Assembly: GCA_016214145.1 (NCBI GenBank)
Contig: JACRPA010000010.1
Coordinates: forward strand, 154,550-218,549
Source: Rhodocyclales bacterium
GTDB lineage: Bacteria > Pseudomonadota > Gammaproteobacteria > Burkholderiales > Rhodocyclaceae
Length of the DNA stretch: 64,000 nucleotides
Reading direction: 5' to 3'
Position 1 is the first letter of the stretch; each line of letters begins with the position of its first letter. Of the stretch, positions 1 through 7,780 are shown piece after piece. The position numbers and the translations under genes were made by a program. A model generated the notes under the pieces. The model was not told the DNA's origin. It ran no database searches and saw only the letters and a list, made by a program, of their open reading frames with translations.

Positions 1-195
1 CAGGACTCGACCGTTTATGTCGACTGGTCGAAGGCAAAGCGCGCGGTACTGCCGAACCTGAAGCCGACCACCAAGACGATTTCCCTGCGCCTGCCCCAGC
101 ATCTGCTGGACTCCATCAAGGCCGCCGCCAACGCGCGCGATGTTCCCTATCAGTCGCTGATCAAGGTCTGGCTGCAGGAAAAGCTGCACGGATAA
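1..195 (+). CDS. BrnA/CopG-like type II antitoxin, C-terminal part (5' end outside window)
   Basis: Frame 1 is open from base 1 to TAA 193-195. It is absent from the ORF track because there is no start codon in the window. The translation ...KPTTKTISLRLPQHLLDSIKAAANARDVPYQSLIKVWLQEKLHG resembles the conserved C-terminal tail of BrnA-family antitoxins (recognised from memory). Confidence 0.55.
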   Translation, partial: QDSTVYVDWSKAKRAVLPNLKPTTKTISLRLPQHLLDSIKAAANARDVPYQSLIKVWLQEKLHG

Positions 196-236
196 CCTCA
201 AGAAGCGCACCGACGCAGCCGACTGCTCGCCGCCTC

Positions 237-1040
237 TCACTCTTCCGGCTTCAGCAGCACCAGCTTCAAGTGCTCCTGCTCCACCGGGTGCAGCGTCACC
301 TGCTGGTAGCTCACCAGGCCCCACTTCGGATGGTTGAAGGCGCGCTCGCCGCCCTGGCGCTCCAGCACGTCGTGCTGCTTCCAGAAGCGCGAGAACTCCG
401 CGCTGCCTTTCTTCAGTTCCTCGATCAGGTGCACCAGCGCCGGCTCGTCCAGCCGCGTGCGGCAGTCGGCGCGGAACTCCGCCGTGATGCGCCGCGCCCG
501 CGTTTCCCAGTCGACGAGGAACTTTCGCGTCTGCGGGCGCAGGAAGACGAAGCGCAGCAGGTTGCGCGGCGGCTCGTGCGCTAATTTGTGTGACTTCGCC
601 GGCTTGTCCAGCCAGCCGGCGAACAGCGCCGCCGCCGCCTTGTTCCAGGCCAGCATGTCCCAGGTGCGGCCCATGATATAGGCGGGAATGCCGATGTCGC
701 CGAGCATGCCGGTCAGCAGTTCCGGGGCGGCGTCCTCCTCCGGCGCCGCGCCGAGCGGATCGCGCCGCCCGGCCAGCTCGAAGATGTAGGCGCGCTCGCC
801 GCGCGTCAGGCGCAGCGTCTGCGCCAGCCGGCCCAGCACGTCGGCCGAGACGTTCACCTTGCGCCCCTGTTCGATCCAGGTGTACCAGGTCGGGCTGATG
901 CCGGCCAGTTGCGCCACCTCCTCGCGGCGCAGACCCTGCGTGCGGCGGCGACTTCCCGAGGGAAAGCCGAACGCCTCCGGCGCAGTGCGTCCGCGCAACA
1001 CCTGCAGAAACTCGCCGAGCTCCTTGCGACGACTGTCCAT
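237..1040 (-). CDS. XRE-family HTH transcriptional regulator with MmyB-like C-terminal domain
   Basis: 267-aa ORF. The N-terminal HTH is GLRREEVAQLAGISPTWYTWIEQGR, followed by ~170 aa typical of MmyB-like regulators. Confidence 0.75.
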   Translation of the reverse strand: MDSRRKELGEFLQVLRGRTAPEAFGFPSGSRRRTQGLRREEVAQLAGISPTWYTWIEQGRKVNVSADVLGRLAQTLRLTRGERAYIFELAGRRDPLGAAPEEDAAPELLTGMLGDIGIPAYIMGRTWDMLAWNKAAAALFAGWLDKPAKSHKLAHEPPRNLLRFVFLRPQTRKFLVDWETRARRITAEFRADCRTRLDEPALVHLIEELKKGSAEFSRFWKQHDVLERQGGERAFNHPKWGLVSYQQVTLHPVEQEHLKLVLLKPEE

Positions 1041-1213
1041 CCGCCCTCCTGGCTGTTATTCGCAGTACTAGTATAACTACCAGCCTTGTCAGGGTACCAA
1101 ACCTTGGCTAGCATTTCTTCCGCAACAGTGAATACTTTGTCGTCCCCGCGAAAACGAAGTTTCAGTGCAGGCTAACCTTCAGGTTATGCCGTAACTAAAG
1201 CGGGGACCCATGG

Positions 1214-1233
1214 ATTCCCGCCTGCGCGGGAAT
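1214..1233. repeat. 20-nt palindromic REP-like unit ATTCCCGCCTGCGCGGGAAT
   Basis: Perfect ATTCCC-N8-GGGAAT palindrome upstream of leuC. It has the same shape as the ATTCCC(N8)GGGAAT repeats known in Neisseria and other betaproteobacteria. An 8-bp inverted pair, GTCCCCGC (1143-1150) and GCGGGGAC (1200-1207), lies just upstream. Confidence 0.6.
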
Positions 1234-1256
1234 GACGCTCAAGCGAAGGAACTATC

Positions 1257-2672
1257 ATGGCCGGCAAGACGCTTTTCGACAAACTCTGGGAATCGCACGT
1301 CGTCCGCGAGGAAGCGGACGGCACCTGCCTCCTCTACATCGACCGCCACCTCATGCACGAGGTGACCAGCCCGCAGGCTTTCGAGGGCCTGCGCCTCGCC
1401 AAGCGCAAGGCATGGCGCGCCACCAGCGTGGTCGCCAACCCCGACCACAACACGCCGACCGACCACTGGGACGAGGGCATCAAGGACCCCGTCTCGCGCC
1501 TGCAGGTGGAAACCCTCGACGCCAACATCAGGGATTTCGGCGCGCTGGTGTACTTCCCCTTCAAGCACGCCAACCAGGGCATCATCCACGTCATCGGCCC
1601 GGAGAACGGCACCACCCTGCCCGGCATGACCGTGGTGTGCGGCGACAGCCACACGTCCACGCACGGCGCCTTCGGCGCGCTGGCCTTCGGCATCGGCACC
1701 TCCGAGGTCGAGCATGTGCTGGCGACGCAGACCCTGGTCGCCAAGCGCTCGAAGCGCATGCTCATCAGGGTCGACGGAAAAGTCAGTCCCGGCGTGACGG
1801 CGAAGGACATCGCGCTGGCCATCATCGGCAAGATCGGCACCGCCGGCGGCACCGGCTACGCCGTCGAATTCGGCGGCTCGGCCATCCGCGAGCTCTCCGT
1901 CGAAGGCCGCATGACTCTCTGCAACATGGCCATCGAGGGCGGCGCCCGTGCCGGCATCGTCGCCCCCGACGAGAAGACCGCCGCCTACCTGAAGGGCCGC
2001 CAGTTCGCGCCGAAGGGTGCCGACTGGGACAAGGCTGTAGCCTACTGGAAGACGCTGAAATCCGACGCCGACGCGAAGTTCGACGCGGTGGTCGAACTCG
2101 ACGCCGCGAAAATCGAGCCGCAGGTCACCTGGGGCACCTCGCCCGAGCAGGTGCTGCCGGTCGGCGGCCGCGTGCCCAATCCGGCGAAGGAAAGCGATGC
2201 GCAGAAGCGCGTCGGCATCGAGCGCGCCCTGCAGTACATGGGCCTCAAGGCCGACACGCCGATCCAGGACATCCAGGTCGACAAGGTCTTCATCGGCTCG
2301 TGCACCAACTCGCGCATCGAAGACCTGCGCGCCGCCGCCCAGTACACCAAAGGCAGGAAGAAGGCCGCTAATGTGAAGTTGGTGCTGGTCGTGCCGGGCT
2401 CCGGCCAGGTCAAGCGCCAGGCCGAGGCCGAGGGCCTCGACAAGATCTTCCTCGCCGCCGGCTTCGAATGGCGCGAGCCGGGCTGCTCGATGTGCCTTGC
2501 CATGAACGCCGACCGCCTCGCGCCGGGCGAGCGCTGCGCCTCCACCTCCAACCGCAACTTCGAAGGGCGCCAGGGCGCCGGCGGGCGCACCCACCTCGTC
2601 AGCCCCGAGATGGCCGCCGCGGCCGCCATCGCCGGCCACTTCGTCGACATCCGCACCCTGGAGAACCGATAA
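1257..2672 (+). CDS. leuC: 3-isopropylmalate dehydratase large subunit
   Basis: 471 aa. Aconitase-family motifs are present ([26 protein letters not shown]) and leuD lies immediately downstream. Confidence 0.97.
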   Translation: MAGKTLFDKLWESHVVREEADGTCLLYIDRHLMHEVTSPQAFEGLRLAKRKAWRATSVVANPDHNTPTDHWDEGIKDPVSRLQVETLDANIRDFGALVYFPFKHANQGIIHVIGPENGTTLPGMTVVCGDSHTSTHGAFGALAFGIGTSEVEHVLATQTLVAKRSKRMLIRVDGKVSPGVTAKDIALAIIGKIGTAGGTGYAVEFGGSAIRELSVEGRMTLCNMAIEGGARAGIVAPDEKTAAYLKGRQFAPKGADWDKAVAYWKTLKSDADAKFDAVVELDAAKIEPQVTWGTSPEQVLPVGGRVPNPAKESDAQKRVGIERALQYMGLKADTPIQDIQVDKVFIGSCTNSRIEDLRAAAQYTKGRKKAANVKLVLVVPGSGQVKRQAEAEGLDKIFLAAGFEWREPGCSMCLAMNADRLAPGERCASTSNRNFEGRQGAGGRTHLVSPEMAAAAAIAGHFVDIRTLENR

Positions 2673-2674
2673 AC

Positions 2675-2731
2675 GTAGGTCGGGCTTTAGCCCGACAACA
2701 GCGGCCGAAGTCGGGCTGAAGCCCGACCTAC
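2675..2731. repeat. Inverted pair of REP-like units (GTAGGTCGGGCTTTAGCCCGAC ... GTCGGGCTGAAGCCCGACCTAC)
   Basis: Two 22-nt self-complementary units in opposite orientation fill the leuC-leuD spacer. An identical unit recurs at 56566-56587. Confidence 0.85.
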
Positions 2732-2755
2732 CGATAACGTAAACAAGGAACCATC

Positions 2756-3394
2756 ATGAAAGCCTTCAAATCCCTCAACGGCCTGGTCTGCCCGCTCGAC
2801 CGCGCCAACGTCGACACCGACGCCATCATCCCCAAGCAGTTCCTCAAGTCGATCAAGCGCTCGGGCTTCGGCCCCTATCTCTTCGACGAATGGCGCTACG
2901 CGGATTTCGGCGAGCCGGGCATGGACTGCAGCAAGCGCCCGCTGAAAAAGGATTTCGTGCTGAACCAGCCGCGCTACCAGGGCTCGCAGGTGCTGCTCGC
3001 CCGCGACAACTTCGGCTGCGGCTCCAGCCGCGAACACGCCCCCTGGGCCATCGAGGACTACGGCTTCCAGGTCGTCATCGCGCCGTCCTTCGCCGACATC
3101 TTCTTCGGCAACTGCTACAAGAACGGCGTCCTGCCCATCGTCGCATCGAGCGAAATCGTCGACCAGCTGTTCCGCGAATGCGCCGCGCAGAAGGGCTACA
3201 AGCTGCGCGTCGACCTGGAAACGCAGACCGTGCGCAACCCCGCCGGCGAGTGGTTCCAGTTCGACATCACGCCGCACCGCAAGCACTGCCTGATGAACGG
3301 CCTCGACGAGATCGGCCTGACGCTGCAGCACGCCGACGAGATCAAGGCCTTCGAAGCGAAGCACAAGGCCGCGCAGCCCTGGCTGTTCGCCTGA
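2756..3394 (+). CDS. leuD: 3-isopropylmalate dehydratase small subunit
   Basis: 212 aa with the conserved [12 protein letters not shown] motif; follows leuC. Confidence 0.97.
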   Translation: MKAFKSLNGLVCPLDRANVDTDAIIPKQFLKSIKRSGFGPYLFDEWRYADFGEPGMDCSKRPLKKDFVLNQPRYQGSQVLLARDNFGCGSSREHAPWAIEDYGFQVVIAPSFADIFFGNCYKNGVLPIVASSEIVDQLFRECAAQKGYKLRVDLETQTVRNPAGEWFQFDITPHRKHCLMNGLDEIGLTLQHADEIKAFEAKHKAAQPWLFA

Positions 3395-3406
3395 TCGCCT
3401 CTTGAA

Positions 3407-3434
3407 CCGTCCGCGGCCGCCCGGTCGCGGACGG
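3407..3434 (+). terminator. GC-rich hairpin downstream of leuD
   Basis: CCGTCCGCG-N10-CGCGGACGG, a 9-bp stem 13 nt after the leuD stop. There is no clear U-tract, so terminator function is uncertain. Confidence 0.4.
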
Positions 3435-3441
3435 CCTCCCT

Positions 3442-3466
3442 AAAAGTCAGTCTCCGCGATACGGCG
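3442..3466 (+). repeat. Dispersed 25-nt motif, copy A (AAAAGTCAGTCTCCGCGATACGGCG)
   Basis: One of five mutually similar copies (21-22 of 25 identities to most other copies). It is intergenic, between leuD and the convergent exported-protein gene. Confidence 0.8.
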
Positions 3467-3476
3467 ATTCAGCCAC

Positions 3477-4115
3477 CTACTTCGCCGTCGGCGTGTAAGT
3501 CCACACCCAGTTGTTGTTGAGCGCCTTCGTCACGATGGACTTGCCGTCCGGCGTCACCGTGATGGGGCTGCCCTTTTGAATCATGCTGGCCATGCCCAGC
3601 ACCTGCGGATCGGGCGGGGCGATGTATTCCCTCGCCGCCACGGACGCGCCCTTGAACAGACGGAGTTTGCTGCTGCAGGAATCCGCCACCATCGTGTCCG
3701 GATGGATGCGCTTGCCGACCAGCTCCAGCGCCTCCTTGGGTCTGGATTGCCGGATCTCCACCACATCGAAGTGCTCGTAAGGTCCGTTCAGCTTTCCGGT
3801 CGGGCACTTCTTCTCCATCCCCATGAGGTTGGACACCTTGCCCGCATCGTTCCGGATTGTCGGCGTGCCCACGATCACGCCCTTCTTCCTGTTCCAGTCG
3901 AAGGACAGCGTCACGCGCTCGGCCACATCCGCGTAGAGATCCGCATCCGTGGGAGGAATCTGCACATGCTTCTGGAAGAATTCCCCCACCACTTCGTAAT
4001 GCACGATCTCCACCTTGGCCCACTTCTCCATGGCGGCCATGTCCTGTGCCGCGGCAGGCGCCGGCTGGAACAGGGCGGTGACGATCAGGGATGCGCCGAT
4101 CAGTGCTGGTCTCAT
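3477..4115 (-). CDS. Exported hypothetical protein (signal peptide), no family recognised
   Basis: The ORF runs 3477..4202. I chose the internal ATG at 4115, preceded by AAGGAG, which gives MRPALIGASLIVTALFQPAPAAAQD (signal-peptide-like). No recognisable motifs. Confidence 0.6.
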   Translation of the reverse strand: MRPALIGASLIVTALFQPAPAAAQDMAAMEKWAKVEIVHYEVVGEFFQKHVQIPPTDADLYADVAERVTLSFDWNRKKGVIVGTPTIRNDAGKVSNLMGMEKKCPTGKLNGPYEHFDVVEIRQSRPKEALELVGKRIHPDTMVADSCSSKLRLFKGASVAAREYIAPPDPQVLGMASMIQKGSPITVTPDGKSIVTKALNNNWVWTYTPTAK

Positions 4116-4137
4116 CCGGGACTCCTTAAGTGAAGAT

Positions 4138-4575
4138 CTAAACAGCGGGCGCGACTGGTCCCAAGGCCTCAACTGCAATTTGCAGTTCCTTTGCGACCGC
4201 AATGAGTTCTCCGATCAGTTGCTCGTCTTCGGCGAAGTCGCCGTCATAGAGGGCTATATTCCGCTTCTTGTGGCAGTCGTCAAGAAATCGCCATTTGGCC
4301 GGCGGGAAGGACAAGGTATGCCCCAGAACCTGGAAGACGGTGTAGCGATTTTCCGAGCGGTAGCCATGCCAGCGCAGTGCCGCGAGGGCAAGTGAATGGG
4401 CCGCATCGTAAGCAAGGGTGAAGCGGCTTTCGAGTGACAGCGCCGGGTTATCGGCGTCAGGCAGTTTCCGCCTGGCCGATCTGACCAGCCCATCGAACTC
4501 GACCTGATCCGGCGGTTCAGCCTTGATCTGACCGATCTTCTGCAGGTTCTGCAGACTTTCCTGTGGGGATGGCAC
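4138..4575 (-). CDS. HEPN-like toxin partner of the upstream nucleotidyltransferase (putative)
   Basis: The ORF overlaps the 3' end of the MNT gene. Conserved-looking core: ESRFTLAYDAAHSLALAALRWHGYRSENRYTVFQVL...CHKKRNIALYDG. The start is ambiguous (GTG 4575 or GTG 4617; no in-frame ATG). Confidence 0.55.
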   Translation of the reverse strand: MPSPQESLQNLQKIGQIKAEPPDQVEFDGLVRSARRKLPDADNPALSLESRFTLAYDAAHSLALAALRWHGYRSENRYTVFQVLGHTLSFPPAKWRFLDDCHKKRNIALYDGDFAEDEQLIGELIAVAKELQIAVEALGPVAPAV

Positions 4576-5161
4576 TCTCGTCTCCCATGAGAATGATCTT
4601 CGGCTGCTTGAGAACACGAGTCACGAAATGGTTGTCGCCCTGCACTTTCTTGTTGAATTCCTCAACCGAGTAAAGCGTGGGGCTCACCTTGCGGCCCAGG
4701 GTTCCCTCAACCTTCGTTAGCGCCTCGAACAGCATGCTGTAGCTCAAGTCATCGGCAACCACCAGGACGTCGATGTCGCTGGCGGCCGTATCCGCGCCCT
4801 TGGCGACCGAGCCGAATATGAAGGCAAGGCGTATGGTATCGCCATATTCGGACAGGGCAAGGCGCAGGATGTCGGACATGCCGAAAGTCTTGAGCACGAT
4901 CCCCCGAAGCTCTTCAAAGATGGGTGAGCACTTATTGGCCTGGTAGTGTTTCTGCTTGCCGATGGCGGTCATCGTGATCAAGCCGGAGGCGGTCATCCGC
5001 TCCAACTCCCGCTGCAAGGCGCCACGCCCCGTCCTGCCCAGCTTCGCGATTTCATTGGCGTAGAAAGACCGATCCGGTTGCCCGAACAGCAGGCCAAGTA
5101 CCCGCTGCTGGACGCCGGAGAACAGAACAGTCGAAATTGATGCCAAGCTTGTTTTCCCCAT
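4517..5161 (-). CDS. wHTH + minimal nucleotidyltransferase (MNT-type antitoxin)
   Basis: Start taken at MGKTSLAS (ATG 5161). The N-terminal winged-helix-like region is YANEIAKLGRTGRGALQRELERMTASGLI. The NTase motif is FGSVAKG...SDIDVLVV. Confidence 0.7.
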   Translation of the reverse strand: MGKTSLASISTVLFSGVQQRVLGLLFGQPDRSFYANEIAKLGRTGRGALQRELERMTASGLITMTAIGKQKHYQANKCSPIFEELRGIVLKTFGMSDILRLALSEYGDTIRLAFIFGSVAKGADTAASDIDVLVVADDLSYSMLFEALTKVEGTLGRKVSPTLYSVEEFNKKVQGDNHFVTRVLKQPKIILMGDESAIPTGKSAEPAEDRSDQG

Positions 5162-5336
5162 AATAGGGATTATCGACCCTGATTTGGGGAAAAGGCAAGG
5201 GTCGAAAGTGAATTGAATCTGGTCACAATTCCCCAATATAGGGACGGTAAGACCCAATTTAGGGTAGATTTCTATCTACCGCCCGAACACCCGCGCCAGC
5301 GCAGCACCGCGTTGGCGCCCGCTGTGGCGTTGTCCA

Positions 5337-5361
5337 AAAAGTCAGTCGCTGCGGTACGGCG
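5337..5361 (+). repeat. Dispersed 25-nt motif, copy B (AAAAGTCAGTCGCTGCGGTACGGCG)
   Basis: 22 of 25 identical to copies A and D. It sits exactly where the aminotransferase remnant loses similarity. Confidence 0.8.
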
Positions 5362-5513
5362 CCGACAAACCCGGCCAGGCGCCCGCGCGCCGCCAGCGGC
5401 GCCGCGCCGAAGGAACCGTGATTGAGGAAACGGATGCCCAGATCGAGCGACCACAAGCTGCGCAGGGGGTGGCCGAAGAGGGTGTTGGGTGGGGGCAGAA
5501 GGGAAGCGCTCAT
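5362..5513 (-). pseudogene. N-terminal remnant of a class V aminotransferase-like gene
   Basis: The translation ...SLWSLDLGIRFLNHGSFGAAP... matches the characteristic N-terminus (FLNHGSFG) of class V aminotransferase / isopenicillin-N-epimerase-like proteins. Only ~40-50 codons remain before motif copy B. Confidence 0.4.
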
Positions 5514-5689
5514 TCGTACATAAAGGATGTCTGTCTGGAAAATTTGCCAGAAGCGTCATCCTTTTTTCACGGACATTTTCAGGTCCGATTTTTCAACACA
5601 GGGCAACATAACATACTGTAAATGGGAGAAATGTTCTGGATCTTCCAAGGACATTTCTCAGGACATTCAAGGGCGCCCGATCTTTGGCG

Positions 5690-5714
5690 GAAAGTCAGTC
5701 TCCGCAACACGGCG
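5690..5714 (+). repeat. Dispersed 25-nt motif, copy C (GAAAGTCAGTCTCCGCAACACGGCG)
   Basis: 22 of 25 identical to copy A and shares the TCTCCGC variant with it. It lies 60 nt upstream of the Phd/YefM remnant. Confidence 0.8.
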
Positions 5715-5773
5715 GCAATCGATTGCTGCAGGACCGAATGCGGACATATTCAGTCCGACCGCAAGGAGGCGCC

Positions 5774-5925
5774 ATGAAATACACCACCCGCATCAAGCCC
5801 ATCAGCTACGTGAAGTCAACCGCGGCGGAAATCATCCGCGAGCTCGCCGAGCGGCGCGAGCCTTTGGTCATCGCCCAGAACGGCGAAGCCAGGGCGGTCA
5901 CCTGGACCCGCAGTCATTCCCATGC
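5774..5925 (+). pseudogene. Truncated Phd/YefM-family antitoxin
   Basis: AAGGAGG followed by ATG 5774. The translation MKYTTRIKPISYVKSTAAEIIRELAERREPLVIAQNGEARAV is a typical antitoxin N-terminus. The expected continuation (LDPQSF...) is in another frame, and the gene runs into the 3' end of the SIR2-like gene. No cognate toxin is present. Confidence 0.5.
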
Positions 5926-7770
5926 CTACTTAAGAATTTGCGCAATCGTCAATTTCACCCGCTCGAAAAACCTGAGATCGATTGGCTTATCTAAATTATT
6001 CCAGGCGTCTTCACACAAGCTACGTATATCACCCGTGTAGATTTGATCAAGGCGATCAGGAACGGTAACGCCCAGATTTGCGGAGAGTGCCAGTGATATG
6101 TAGTCGCCAAACTCATGGTTTACGGCACCCGGCATTTCACAAAAGGACTTCTGCGATGCACGTTGATTCTTCCCATGCTGCAACAGAGCGGAAATCAAAC
6201 GTATCGCGTGATAATCGAAGCTCCCATCAACCTTATGCGCCACAAGCATTTCGAGCTGAGAAGCGGGGATAGTCAACAGTTCGTGAATGTTCCACTCGAA
6301 ATCATCGTCCAGATGATTCTCTTCGCCAATGGATTTCAGGTATTGCTGCAGGTACTTGAAGGCCACTGAAAGTTTTCCATGGGCATACCCATCAAACTCT
6401 GGCGAATTCGACAAAACGCGAAGCAGATTATCCAGCGCCATCGCTAGATTTTTGTCCGTTTGCTGAGTCGCAAAAGAATGTCCATGAAACACACGCTGCA
6501 TGGCAGAAAGATATTGGCGTGTTGCGGCTTGCGGAACAGCCTGGTGCAACCAGTGCAGCAATGGCATCAGGTCGATGAAATCGCCGAGGAAATGGCTCAA
6601 ATCCATGTCCAGCTTGATTGGTGCCTCTTCAACCGGTAGCGGTTGAGGCGCGACGCCCCGGTGCCGTAGCTCGTTCTTGGCAAGGCTGAGTATGTTTTCG
6701 ACTAGCTCATAGCGCCCTTTCTCAAACCAGATAGGGGTAATGCCCAGCTTGGCCAGTTCTGAATTGCGCTGCGCGATCTTTTCCGGGCTTTCGGGGGCCT
6801 GCTCGATGGAGAAGTGCTGTTTGGTCTCCTCCTCTTCGCCCATCCCTTCTTTGACTTTCCTGAATACCTGAACCGTCCTGTCATTGCTCAGGCTACAGCC
6901 CAAAAAGAGCAGGCTGCTGTTTTTGTAAAGGTAGGCGAGCAGCTTGGGAATAGGCTTGTGCATATTCAGGCTGCCGTTGCCGTAGGCTTCGTCGTATTGG
7001 TCCTTGCTGAGGATGCAGCGCTTCGGCTCGCGAATATCGCCGTGCAGCTTGATGACCGTGATCTTCTTCGGATCGGGCTGCTCCAGCGCATTCAGGCCAT
7101 TGATTACCTGAACCCTGCCTACCTCGCCGGTTTCAAAAGATTGCTCCAGCAAGCGATCATAGTTGGTTGTAATGACTGTATCCGTGAACAGCTCGGAGAT
7201 ACGCCAGACCACATCGGGGATGGTGAGGTTACGGGAAAACTCATCGCGAATTTCATTGATGAACACCTCGCGGCCACGGACGGCCTCGATCTCTTCAAGC
7301 ACGGTTTCGTAGGCGCCGCTGGCCAATAGCGCTTCTATACGTTCCGAAGCGATATGTGCCGTTTTGCCTTGGCGCCGCAGATGATCTTTCCAGCTTGAAA
7401 AACCGGCCGATGCCGAAATGCCCGCACCGACAAACGGCACCACCGCCCCGGCATACATGAGATCGACAAGTTGAATGAAGTGATCCACATTGCGCTGGAA
7501 CCAGTGATCATCGCCAAGCTGCTCTTGAAACCAGGCTTCGCCCAGCGCCTCGTGACGACGCTGTTTGCGAAACGCCTGAAACGCTTCGTCATAACTGCTT
7601 CTGTCACCCGAGAAAAGCGCCTTGCTGGGCTGGGGCAAGGCATCGACTCCATATTCAACCCGGGCAGCTTGCCCCTCCTCGTTATCCAGCCACTCATTGA
7701 AATCGGCAAAGTGCTCGTAACGGCAATGCTCGTCTTCGTCACACCAGATTTTTTGCGGCGCCGGCGTCAT
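5926..7770 (-). CDS. SIR2-like (SIR2_2 family) domain protein with unassigned N- and C-terminal regions; putative NAD+-consuming defence effector
   Basis: 614 aa. Motifs VPFVGAGISASAG, VITTNYDRLLE, IKLHGDI and LLFLGCSLSND occur in the order characteristic of prokaryotic SIR2_2 domains. ATG 7770 lies 10 nt after the hsdS stop on the same strand. Confidence 0.75.
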   Translation of the reverse strand: MTPAPQKIWCDEDEHCRYEHFADFNEWLDNEEGQAARVEYGVDALPQPSKALFSGDRSSYDEAFQAFRKQRRHEALGEAWFQEQLGDDHWFQRNVDHFIQLVDLMYAGAVVPFVGAGISASAGFSSWKDHLRRQGKTAHIASERIEALLASGAYETVLEEIEAVRGREVFINEIRDEFSRNLTIPDVVWRISELFTDTVITTNYDRLLEQSFETGEVGRVQVINGLNALEQPDPKKITVIKLHGDIREPKRCILSKDQYDEAYGNGSLNMHKPIPKLLAYLYKNSSLLFLGCSLSNDRTVQVFRKVKEGMGEEEETKQHFSIEQAPESPEKIAQRNSELAKLGITPIWFEKGRYELVENILSLAKNELRHRGVAPQPLPVEEAPIKLDMDLSHFLGDFIDLMPLLHWLHQAVPQAATRQYLSAMQRVFHGHSFATQQTDKNLAMALDNLLRVLSNSPEFDGYAHGKLSVAFKYLQQYLKSIGEENHLDDDFEWNIHELLTIPASQLEMLVAHKVDGSFDYHAIRLISALLQHGKNQRASQKSFCEMPGAVNHEFGDYISLALSANLGVTVPDRLDQIYTGDIRSLCEDAWNNLDKPIDLRFFERVKLTIAQILK

Positions 7771-7780
7771 GTCCCGCTAC

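Noticed and set aside
1041-1256. Leucine-type transcription attenuator upstream of leuC
   Set aside because: No leader peptide ORF with consecutive Leu codons is visible, and the hairpins resemble generic REP elements rather than alternative terminator/antiterminator pairs.
1239-2639. 466-aa ORF antisense to leuC
   Set aside because: The opposite strand encodes an unmistakable LeuC. The antisense product is Gly/Ala/Arg/Asp-rich with no motifs, as is typical of shadow ORFs in high-G+C DNA.
3442-3466. Dispersed motif as a DNA uptake sequence (the CAGTCT core vaguely resembles Neisseriaceae DUS dialects, and dprA is present)
   Set aside because: Only 5-6 copies in 64 kb is far below DUS/USS densities, the similarity is limited to ~6 nt, and there is no evidence of competence. 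I kept this only as a remote alternative.
5527-6040. ORFs 5527-5994 and 5684-6040 as real genes
   Set aside because: They are read-throughs that join the truncated antitoxin reading frames to the antisense of the SIR2-like gene's 3' end. Only the 5774-~5900 part resembles a known family.
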